Assembly: GCA_043801965.1 (NCBI GenBank)
Contig: JAZDLN010000024.1
Span: 6,670 to 70,669 of the forward strand
From: Candidatus Falkowbacteria bacterium
GTDB lineage: Bacteria > Patescibacteriota > Patescibacteriia > Patescibacteriales > UBA12075
DNA length: 64,000 bases
Direction of reading: 5' to 3'
The notes beneath the pieces are model-generated. The model worked only from the letters and a program-made list of their open reading frames with translations, made no database searches and had not been told where the DNA came from. The position numbers were made by a program, and so were the translations under genes. Positions 42,869-50,805 of this stretch are shown here, piece by piece. Numbering within the stretch: the first letter of the stretch is position 1; every line of letters begins with the position of its first letter.

Positions 42869-44394
42869 TATTCAACCTTATCCGCGTACTCTCCGAACAC
42901 CCAGCCTTCGCCGCCGCCCGGCAGGCTGATTTTTATCCATCCCTCCGCCTCTTCAAGTTGCGCGTATGTCTCGCCGGCCCCGGCCTTGCCGACAACCTTG
43001 AAACTTGTCCCCGGCCCCTGACGGACATTAAGAGGAGAACTTATATTTTTTATGATTATCTTTATTTCCCGGGAAGAGGTGGCGGCGATCTCCGTCGCGG
43101 GCGCTGGAGTGATCGCGGTTTCGATCCGGAGTTCCGAAGCTGGCGGCAAGGGCGCGGCCGCGCGGTTCACGCTGCCCAAAAAATAATCGAAAAAAACGTA
43201 AAAGCCGGCCAATACCGATAGTAGGCTCAAGGCGACGACGATATGCCGACGATCAGTAACTATCGGCCGAATAGTTTTAGCGAGTTCCCGTGCCCGTTCG
43301 AGCCAGACCTTTAGATCTGCCGATCTTTCGGACTTAACGGCCGCCGCCGGCACCGGGATCGAGGGGTCGGTTTTATCCCAATGGTCCTCCAGGGCGCGCG
43401 CTGCCAGGCCGATAGCCTCGACATATTCGATGCCGACGCTTTTATAGAGCGGTTGCCCGACGCGGATATGAACGCCCAGGTCCAGGGTATTTATATATTC
43501 CGAAAATCCGGCCAGCCTGCTCGTGCCGCCGGTCACGATTATATCCTTGACCGGCGGAAAACCGTACTCATTATTAAAATAATCTATATTATTTTTTATC
43601 TCTTTAAAAATTTTTTCCAAAATATTCCTGATTATGCCGGCCGCGGCCGGATAATCTCCCCTTGGAGACAGGCCGTATTCAACCTTGATCTTTTCCGCTT
43701 CCGTAAAGCCGATATCAAGTCCGCTCGCGAGCTGATAGCTTATATTCTTGCCGGCCGCGTTAATTATATACGAATAGGTAAGGCCCAGAGAAGTAAAAAT
43801 CGAGACCAATGACGTGACCGCTCCGATATCGACCAGACAAACCGGCTCCTCGGGATATCTTTCGAACATTCCCCGGAAGACCGCCAAAGATTCAATATCG
43901 AAAATTTTTGCGCTCTGGCCCGCTTTTTCGAAAAATGACCGCCATTCCGAAATCTCTTCTTTCGGGGCGGCGGCAATAAAGGCCGTGGTTTTATTTCCGG
44001 GCGACGCGCCCGCGAACGTTTTATAAGAATAGACAAGATCGCTCTTTCGAAAGGGAATAGCGTTTTCGATCTCCTGGGCCATGATCTTATCAGCCTCGCG
44101 TTCATTGAAGTTTTCGATCGCGAAAACATGCGTAAAAACCAATGATTCCGGCAAGCCGAAAACCCACTCCCGCGATTCCGACGGATCTAAACCGGCTTTG
44201 GCTAAAACCTCGGCCAGCGCCTTTTTTAATTTTTCACCGTCTTTTATCCGCCCCCGTTCGACAATCCCCGGTTCAAGCGTTATCCTTCCTGAAGCGGAGA
44301 CGCCGATTCCGGAGGCGGTCTCCTCCAGAACGACCGCTTCGATAGAATAATCGGAAATATCGAGTCCGAAAGATTTTTTGTTCATATTCAGCAT
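42868..44394 (-). CDS. pilM: PilM-like actin-fold pilus assembly protein fused to a TM helix and a C-terminal SH3b-like domain
   Basis: 508 aa. FGLDISDYSIEAVVLEE..., VDIGAVTSLVSIF, IIVTGGTSRLAGF (actin-like ATPase signatures of PilM). TM IVVALSLLSVLAGFYVFFDYF. C-terminal LNVRQGPGTSFKVVGKAGAGETYAQLEEAEGWIKISLPGGGEGWVFGEY (SH3b pattern). Confidence 0.72.
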   Translation of the reverse strand: MLNMNKKSFGLDISDYSIEAVVLEETASGIGVSASGRITLEPGIVERGRIKDGEKLKKALAEVLAKAGLDPSESREWVFGLPESLVFTHVFAIENFNEREADKIMAQEIENAIPFRKSDLVYSYKTFAGASPGNKTTAFIAAAPKEEISEWRSFFEKAGQSAKIFDIESLAVFRGMFERYPEEPVCLVDIGAVTSLVSIFTSLGLTYSYIINAAGKNISYQLASGLDIGFTEAEKIKVEYGLSPRGDYPAAAGIIRNILEKIFKEIKNNIDYFNNEYGFPPVKDIIVTGGTSRLAGFSEYINTLDLGVHIRVGQPLYKSVGIEYVEAIGLAARALEDHWDKTDPSIPVPAAAVKSERSADLKVWLERARELAKTIRPIVTDRRHIVVALSLLSVLAGFYVFFDYFLGSVNRAAAPLPPASELRIETAITPAPATEIAATSSREIKIIIKNISSPLNVRQGPGTSFKVVGKAGAGETYAQLEEAEGWIKISLPGGGEGWVFGEYADKVE

Positions 44395-44438
44395 ATCTTA
44401 TTTGCTTTGACGCTCAAATTATAGAGGCTAAAACCCAT

Positions 44439-44843
44439 CTATTCCCAGCTCTCTAAAACTATTCCTTCGTCAGTCAGGCTTATGGCCGCGTTAACGGTCC
44501 GGTAAAAATTATCCGTCCGGCCGACCGCCCTGATCTCGCGAACGATCCCGTTCGCCACCGTATCTATTACGCAATCGCCTGAGCCTAAGGATAAATTTAA
44601 ACCGCTGGCGCTATAATCAGGATCAAGAGTAAAACGCCGGATGGTCTCTTCGACGCATCCTTCGGCTATCATAAAAGCCTCTTCACCCCGGTTAAAAGCC
44701 AGGGCCTCGTCGATCTCCCCTAGATCCAAAATTGTCGCGTTCTTGGCCATGACGAGCGAGACCGCGCCGATTATGATCACGGCAACCAAAGTAGCGAAGC
44801 CGGAATTATTATTCTTAAAGTCAGTTCCGTTTGTTTGCCGCAT
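44439..44843 (-). CDS. putative PilX-like minor pilin / pilus-associated protein
   Basis: 134 aa. NNSGFATLVAVIIIGAVSLVMA is a hydrophobic N-terminus without E at +5. Located inside the pilus cluster. Confidence 0.45.
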   Translation of the reverse strand: MRQTNGTDFKNNNSGFATLVAVIIIGAVSLVMAKNATILDLGEIDEALAFNRGEEAFMIAEGCVEETIRRFTLDPDYSASGLNLSLGSGDCVIDTVANGIVREIRAVGRTDNFYRTVNAAISLTDEGIVLESWE

Positions 44844-44885
44844 AAATGATCGGGTATAAAAACTTTATATTAGAAAATAATATAA

Positions 44886-45386
44886 TCACTTTCTTAAACT
44901 GACCGCTGTTTCATAACCGCGGCTATAACCGAATTCCCGGCTATCCGCGTTCTCATTAGCTATGTTAAAATTTATTTTAACGCTGCCGCTTTCCCCGCTT
45001 CCCAGATTGGTGAAATTAAGACCGCTCACGGATATTCCGTCCGCGGTAATATTAGTGATCTCGCCGGAAAGATCAAGGACGAGCCTTTCTCCGGAAACAT
45101 AAACGGATAAAGAAGCGCCATCGGCCATTCTTAATGACAGGGTGCCGCCGGAAGCGCCGGCCGCGGGACTTTCGATACTATCAGCCGCGTTTATTCGGCG
45201 CGCCATAAGATCGAGAACCTGGCGGGCACCGGCATTGGTCTCCCCCATGGCGTAACTTTTTGTCTTAAGACCGGCGACGACAAGCGCGAAAGTTACGAAG
45301 CCGGTAAGCGCGATTCCGGCCAAAGCGGCGTAAATAGCGGTTTCTATCAAGGTAAAACCATTGTTATTTTTAAAAATAAACGGCAT
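44886..45386 (-). CDS. minor (pseudo)pilin with prepilin N-terminal motif
   Basis: 166 aa. NNNG|FTLIETAIYAALAGIALTGFVTFALV. Confidence 0.65.
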   Translation of the reverse strand: MPFIFKNNNGFTLIETAIYAALAGIALTGFVTFALVVAGLKTKSYAMGETNAGARQVLDLMARRINAADSIESPAAGASGGTLSLRMADGASLSVYVSGERLVLDLSGEITNITADGISVSGLNFTNLGSGESGSVKINFNIANENADSREFGYSRGYETAVSLRK

Positions 45387-45430
45387 ACGTACTTTAATAT
45401 TAATAATTTATCACGTTCCGGATCATTAAA

Positions 45431-45829
45431 CTATATGTATTTTCTGATTTCCGACACGACGCCCTCTATCCCCTGGTCGGATTTAACTAAATAGCCGCAG
45501 GCGCCAAGCTTGGTCGCTTTGGCGAATATCTTCTCGTGGCTTAAATTCGACAGCATCAAAACCGGAATATCCTTTATCTTCGGATCAGCCTTGATCTCGG
45601 TTAAAAATTCAAAACCATCCTTGTCGGGCATGATAATATCAAGAAGAATAATCGCCGGCCGCAGGGTTTTTAATTTTTTTTCCGCTTCATTCCCGTTAAA
45701 GGCCGGTATGATCTCGAAACCGGCTTTGGACAGTCCGTCCCGGTAAGCCCGGGAAATAAACTGATCGTCTTCAACCAGAAGAATGGTTTGTTTTTGGCTC
45801 TTATCCTTAGCCGCGTTTTTTTCTGGCAT
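45431..45829 (-). CDS. single-domain response regulator (CheY-like)
   Basis: 132 aa. ILLVEDDQF...AIILLDIIMPDKDGFEF...PVLMLSN...GYLVK. No output domain. Confidence 0.9.
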   Translation of the reverse strand: MPEKNAAKDKSQKQTILLVEDDQFISRAYRDGLSKAGFEIIPAFNGNEAEKKLKTLRPAIILLDIIMPDKDGFEFLTEIKADPKIKDIPVLMLSNLSHEKIFAKATKLGACGYLVKSDQGIEGVVSEIRKYI

Positions 45830-45888
45830 ATGATTTTACTATAGTTATGATTTAAAAATAAATTAATTGCATGATCTTTCTCGAAATC

Positions 45889-46374
45889 TTAACGCCAGTC
45901 CGTCAGATAGGTGGTTCTTTCCACTGACTCGGTTGTCCCCTGTCCGGTTTCCCAGGAGATACCGACGGTGATTTTAACGCTGGAAGCGTCCAAAGACGCT
46001 CCCGGATCTTCCGCGGCCGCGATATTTCCGCTCCCGTCCCGGTAAACCGGGTAAAAATCTATCACGCGGATATAATCTCCGATCGTTTCCGTCGTTCCCT
46101 CGCCGGCCAGCGCCCATTGTCCGCCGGAAACGGCTACGGCGCTACGGCTGTAAGCGAGTTCGTCCCAATCCCGGTCACGAACAGACCGTACCGCCTCGAC
46201 CCCCTCCCGGGCCAGGGCGGATGCTATCGTATATTCTTCTCCGCGCTTAAGTAAAGAAAATCCCCCCAGGATCAAAGCCGCGGTGCTGGCCGCGAACATC
46301 ACGAAAACCGCCAAGGCGATCACGATTTCCATTACTGACTGGCCTTTATTTGAGATTTTTCTTGATTTGTCCAT
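45889..46374 (-). CDS. minor (pseudo)pilin-like protein
   Basis: 161 aa. NKG|QSVMEIVIALAVFVMFAAS, with E at +5. Confidence 0.55.
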   Translation of the reverse strand: MDKSRKISNKGQSVMEIVIALAVFVMFAASTAALILGGFSLLKRGEEYTIASALAREGVEAVRSVRDRDWDELAYSRSAVAVSGGQWALAGEGTTETIGDYIRVIDFYPVYRDGSGNIAAAEDPGASLDASSVKITVGISWETGQGTTESVERTTYLTDWR

Positions 46375-46490
46375 TACAATTCACAAATTTTATCACAAAT
46401 ACGCGATTAGTCGTCAGAAATATCCTTATTGTATTTTAGCATTTGTGTTTTTGATTCGTAATCATTGTAAAATTATAAATTTCGATACAC
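46375..46490. repeat. intercistronic imperfect hairpin, CACAAAT word family (member 1)
   Basis: Left is attacaattcacaaattttatcacaaatac, right is gcatttgtgtttttgattcgtaatcattgtaa. Confidence 0.6.
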
Positions 46491-46940
46491 TCATTCTATG
46501 ATCCCTAAATTATTTACAGTGATCCGGGCCGCTTCCCCGCTTCCGATGTGCGTAATCGTGATCGTACCGGCCGCGTCCGGCTCTCCGGAGCCGTTGGAAA
46601 AATTAATCTCGTTGCTGCCGTCAAAAACGATCTCCAGGGAACCGGGTAGAGCCGTTTCAAGATCATGCCCCGTTTCCCGGGTAGCGTAACTGCTTCCCTG
46701 GTAAAGGACGAAGGCATCGGCTCCGGCGGGATCGATCGAAAAATAGATTCCATGCGCGGAATCGTTTTTTCCGGCTATGCTAAACGTCCGCGCCCGCCGT
46801 AAACCGGACACGGTCTCCGCGATCGCCGCGTCCAGCTGAGCGGCCGATAGCCAACCGCCGTAAACGGGCATGGCCACGGACGCCAAAACGACGAAAATGC
46901 CCATCACTATGAATAATTCGATTAGGGTAAAGCCCTTCAT
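46491..46940 (-). CDS. prepilin-type N-terminal cleavage/methylation domain protein (GspH/FimT-like minor pilin)
   Basis: 149 aa. MKG|FTLIELFIVMGIFVVLASVAMPVY. Confidence 0.8.
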   Translation of the reverse strand: MKGFTLIELFIVMGIFVVLASVAMPVYGGWLSAAQLDAAIAETVSGLRRARTFSIAGKNDSAHGIYFSIDPAGADAFVLYQGSSYATRETGHDLETALPGSLEIVFDGSNEINFSNGSGEPDAAGTITITHIGSGEAARITVNNLGIIE

Positions 46941-47054
46941 TTCATTATGATTACAAATTCACAAATTTAATCACAGATAACACAAATTTTCGGCTGATAT
47001 GAAAGTATATCTTGTATTTGTGAATTCGTGTCCTGATTTGTGTATATGTAATTA
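46941..47054. repeat. intercistronic hairpin, CACAAAT word family (member 2)
   Basis: Left arm 46950-46987 is attacaaattcacaaatttaatcacagataacacaaat. Right arm 47015-47052 is tatttgtgaattcgtgtcctgatttgtgtatatgtaat. Fills the whole gap between start 46940 and stop 47055. Confidence 0.85.
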
Positions 47055-48089
47055 TTACCGGTAAACATTCCCCGTGATCTTATAGATCGGCGTGATAATG
47101 GACAGGGCCAATCCCCCCACGACGGCGCCGATTATTATGAGCAAAACCGGCTCCACGGCGTTCGCCAGGTTCTTGCCGGCGTTTTCCACTTCTTCGCCGT
47201 ATATTCTGGCCAGATTAAAAAGCTCGTCTTCCAGCCGGCCGGACTTCTCTCCTACGCGGATCATGCTTATCGCCATCTTCGGATAATATTCGGGGAATTT
47301 CGCCAGACTTTCGGCTATCGTTGTTCCCCGGCTTATCTCTTGGCGTATCCCTGCGACGCTCTTCTTGTAATAGTAGTTCTCCATCGTATCTGCGGTAATG
47401 GCCAAAGCCTCCGTGACCGGAAGACCGCTCTTTAAAAGCGTACCCAGGGTATGGCTGAACTGGGACATATTCTTGTGCCGGCTGATCCTGTCCACCACTG
47501 GGACATGGAGAAAGAAAAAGTGCAGTATCGGTTTGAAGAATTTGCGGCGGCAGAGCCATACCGAGAATACGATCGCGGCCGCCATGGCCGCCAAAAGCAT
47601 GAAACCGTGTGTTTCCACGATGCCGGAAAACCAGATAAGAAACCTCGTCGAAGCGGGCAGATCAACCTTAAGACCCTTAAAGATCGGCGTGATCTTGGGT
47701 AGAATTAAAAAGGCCATCCCCAGGCCTAATACAAAACTTAAAGTCAGGACGATCACGGGATAAAGCATCGCCCCCCTGATCTTAGTCGATAGCTCCTGTT
47801 CGCGCGTCAGACGTTCGGCGATATTTTCCAGATTATTCTCTAAATTTCCCGATGATTCCCCGGCGCGCACGACATTGGTTAAAAAAGGCGAAAACAACCG
47901 AGGAAAACGCTCGTAGGACGAGGCTAAAGAATTGCCGGACGCGACCGAAGCCAATATCGCGTTAAGCGTTTTTTTAAACCGGCCGCCGGCCTCATCAGTG
48001 AGAATATCGAGCGCCTCCGTAATGGTCAAGCCGGATTTAAGCATGATCGCTAAATTCCGGAAAAAAATAGCTTTGTCTTTTAAATTCAT
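47055..48089 (-). CDS. pilC: type II secretion system F-family platform protein (PilC)
   Basis: 344 aa. Two T2SSF repeats (FFRNLAIMLKSGLTITEALDIL... / FSHTLGTLLKSGLPVTEALAI...) and three TM segments. Confidence 0.9.
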   Translation of the reverse strand: MNLKDKAIFFRNLAIMLKSGLTITEALDILTDEAGGRFKKTLNAILASVASGNSLASSYERFPRLFSPFLTNVVRAGESSGNLENNLENIAERLTREQELSTKIRGAMLYPVIVLTLSFVLGLGMAFLILPKITPIFKGLKVDLPASTRFLIWFSGIVETHGFMLLAAMAAAIVFSVWLCRRKFFKPILHFFFLHVPVVDRISRHKNMSQFSHTLGTLLKSGLPVTEALAITADTMENYYYKKSVAGIRQEISRGTTIAESLAKFPEYYPKMAISMIRVGEKSGRLEDELFNLARIYGEEVENAGKNLANAVEPVLLIIIGAVVGGLALSIITPIYKITGNVYR

Positions 48090-48201
48090 ATTTTTATTAC
48101 AAATTCACAAATTTAATCACAAATAACACAAATACACGATCAGCGCGATATAGAGTATTTGTGAATTTGTGTTCTGATTTGTGTATTTGTAATATTATAA
48201 A
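48090..48201. repeat. intercistronic hairpin, CACAAAT word family (member 3)
   Basis: Left arm 48096-48135 differs from member 2's left arm at 1 position over the shared 38 nt. Right arm 48155-48193 is gtatttgtgaatttgtgttctgatttgtgtatttgtaat. The loop is unrelated to member 2's loop. Confidence 0.9.
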
Positions 48202-49878
48202 TCATTCTTTCGCCACTCTTAAAACCTCCGTCATTGTCGTGACACCGTTTAAAACCTTATCCACGCCGTCGGAAAGCATTGTGGACATACCGCCCGCTAC
48301 GGCCTCCTTTTTTATCGCGTCATTCGATTCTTTGGCCAATATAAGTTTTCTGATACCTTCCTTTGTTTCTAAAACTTCATATATGCCGATCCGTCCGCTA
48401 AATCCCGTTTCGCCGCAAACCTTGCACCCCTTGCCCCTGTATAATCTTAACTTATCAAGATCGCCATATCCGCCGGTCTTTAGTATTTCCAAAAGCGCGG
48501 ATTCGCTCCGGATCGTATCTTTCTCCTCCGCGGAGAGTTCGTAAGAAACGCGGCATTTCGCGCAGATCTTCCGGACGAGGCGCTGGGCGATGATCACCTT
48601 TACCGTGGCGGCAACCAGGAACGGTTCGATTCCCATATCGATCAAACGGGGCAAAGCCGAGATCGCGTCATTAGCGTGAAGGGTCGACAACACGAGGTGG
48701 CCGGTCATGGCCGAATTGACGGCGATTTCGGCGGTCTCGGAATCCCTCACTTCTCCGACCATGATGATATCCGGATCCTGGCGGACGATGGCCCGAAGGC
48801 CCTCGGCGAACGTCAGATTGGTCTTAGGGTTGACCTGGATCTGGCTGACGCCGGCGATATCGTATTCAACGGGATCTTCGATGGTCGAAATATTAACTTC
48901 TTTGGTGTTAAGGATCTTAAGCATCGCGTAAACGGTCGTGGTCTTGCCGCAGCCGGTCGGGCCGGTAACCAGAAGCATACCATGAGGATTTTTGACGGCG
49001 CGTTCTATTTTCCGAAGATCATTGGCCGAGAGGCCGAGATCATTAAGATCAATATCCCTGTTCTCGGCTACCAGAAGACGTATGACGATATTTTCCCCCT
49101 GGGTCACCGGCACTATGGAGACTCTGACATCGATCGTCTTTTCGCTGGTTTTAAACCGGAATTTGCCGTCCTGGGCCGATCGGTGCTCGTCAATCCGCAT
49201 TTTAGCCATTATTTTAATGCGCGACAAAACCGGTTCGCTTAAAACTTTCGGCATTTCCAGGACATCGTGCAATATTCCGTCTATCCTGAACCGCACCACT
49301 AGTTTATCGCGATAAGGCTCTACGTGGATATCCGAAGCCTTGCTTAAGAAACCGTTCTCGAGAAGAAGGTCGACTATGGCGACGTTCACCCGGCTCCCGT
49401 CCTGCTCTTCGCCTTTTTTAAGAAGGCCGGAAAATTCTTCCTCTAAACTTATCCGATAAGCGGATAATGCCTCTTTAAGATCGCCCGGGGTAATATAATA
49501 GACTTTGGCCGGTTTACCGAAACGTTTTTCCAGGAGGTGCTTCATTTCAAGGTCTTCCGGGTCCGACATGCCGACTTTTATGTTTTCCTGATCCGCCGCG
49601 AAAACGATCACTCTCCGCGCCCGGGCCACCGGCTCCGGTATTCCGTTAAGGATGTTTTCATCGATCTTTTCGTTCCTTAAATTTATGAAAGCATAATTAA
49701 AAGCATTAGCGATAAGTTGCCCCAATTGTTCGTCCTTTATGAGGTTCTTTTCCGTCAGCCATTCGCTTAAAGAGATCTTTTTGGCCTCCGCCTCCTTGGC
49801 CGCGATATCGAAATCGTCCTTAAGGATATGGCCGGGAGATACTAAAAGTTCCTCTAATTTTTTTTTATCTATATTCAT
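48202..49878 (-). CDS. pilB: type IV pilus assembly ATPase (GspE/PilB family)
   Basis: 558 aa. N-terminal T2SSE_N-like domain, Walker A GPTGCGKTT, Asp/His boxes, tetracysteine motif CAKC...CKVC. Confidence 0.93.
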   Translation of the reverse strand: MNIDKKKLEELLVSPGHILKDDFDIAAKEAEAKKISLSEWLTEKNLIKDEQLGQLIANAFNYAFINLRNEKIDENILNGIPEPVARARRVIVFAADQENIKVGMSDPEDLEMKHLLEKRFGKPAKVYYITPGDLKEALSAYRISLEEEFSGLLKKGEEQDGSRVNVAIVDLLLENGFLSKASDIHVEPYRDKLVVRFRIDGILHDVLEMPKVLSEPVLSRIKIMAKMRIDEHRSAQDGKFRFKTSEKTIDVRVSIVPVTQGENIVIRLLVAENRDIDLNDLGLSANDLRKIERAVKNPHGMLLVTGPTGCGKTTTVYAMLKILNTKEVNISTIEDPVEYDIAGVSQIQVNPKTNLTFAEGLRAIVRQDPDIIMVGEVRDSETAEIAVNSAMTGHLVLSTLHANDAISALPRLIDMGIEPFLVAATVKVIIAQRLVRKICAKCRVSYELSAEEKDTIRSESALLEILKTGGYGDLDKLRLYRGKGCKVCGETGFSGRIGIYEVLETKEGIRKLILAKESNDAIKKEAVAGGMSTMLSDGVDKVLNGVTTMTEVLRVAKE

Positions 49879-49888
49879 GATAATACGG

Positions 49889-50317
49889 CTATTTTTTCAT
49901 CCCACCTGGATCGACAATGCCCAGATATTTTCTGATCTTCTTTATGACCTCTTCCAGAGAAATATTGGCCTTGATCAGATATTCCCGGGCTCCCAGGTCA
50001 ATGGCTTTTTTCATGTCCTGGTCCTGATCCAGGTTCGTGAAAACTATGATCGGTATGCTTCCGTTGTTCTGTCCGCTTATGGCCTCTCTGGTCTCTTCGC
50101 GGTTAAGTTCTTCCAAGACCTCGAACCCGTCCTTCTTCGGCATGATAAGATCAAGAAGGATAATATCCGGTTTTACGGTCTTGATCTTACTTAAAGCCTC
50201 ATCTCCGTCGTAGGCCGCCACCACTTCGAATCCCGCCCGGGAAAGGCTTTCGCTTAAAGCCATCGAGATGAACTTATCGTCTTCGGCCAATAAAATACGA
50301 TATTTCTTATTGGGCAT
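49889..50317 (-). CDS. single-domain response regulator (CheY-like)
   Basis: 142 aa. ILLAEDDKF...DIILLDLIMPKKDGFEV...IIVFTN...EYLIK. Confidence 0.9.
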   Translation of the reverse strand: MPNKKYRILLAEDDKFISMALSESLSRAGFEVVAAYDGDEALSKIKTVKPDIILLDLIMPKKDGFEVLEELNREETREAISGQNNGSIPIIVFTNLDQDQDMKKAIDLGAREYLIKANISLEEVIKKIRKYLGIVDPGGMKK

Positions 50318-50325
50318 ATCTTTTT

Positions 50326-50715
50326 CTATTTTAAATATGTTTTAATTTTTTCTATGACCTCGTTCATGGAGAAATTTGATTTTATCAGGTAATCGGCGGC
50401 TCCCAATTCCCGCCCCTTTTCAATATCCGAATCTTGACCCAAATTCGAAAGAATTATGATGGGGATATTCTTTATGGCTTCATCGGCCTTGATATCCTTT
50501 AATACTTCAAAGCCGTTCTTTACCGGCATAATCAGGTCCAATAATACCATATCCGGTTTTTCCTGTTTTATTTTTTCCAGGGCCATGACTCCGTCCATGA
50601 CCGGAATGACGGTAAAACCGGCGCGCTCCAATCCGTCTTTATAAGCGCGGGAGATGAACTTATCGTCTTCCGCTAAAATGATCTTAAATTTTTTTTGTTC
50701 GGTTGCGTCTGGCAT
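50326..50715 (-). CDS. single-domain response regulator (CheY-like)
   Basis: 129 aa. IILAEDDKF...DMVLLDLIMPVKNGFEV...IIILSN...DYLIK. Confidence 0.9.
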   Translation of the reverse strand: MPDATEQKKFKIILAEDDKFISRAYKDGLERAGFTVIPVMDGVMALEKIKQEKPDMVLLDLIMPVKNGFEVLKDIKADEAIKNIPIIILSNLGQDSDIEKGRELGAADYLIKSNFSMNEVIEKIKTYLK

Positions 50716-50805
50716 ATTTTTGTATTAAGTATAAAGTATTTGTATTAAGTAAAACGCGAATCGATCGATCCCTTCGGCGCAAAACGCCCTGAACTTGATA
50801 CTGTT

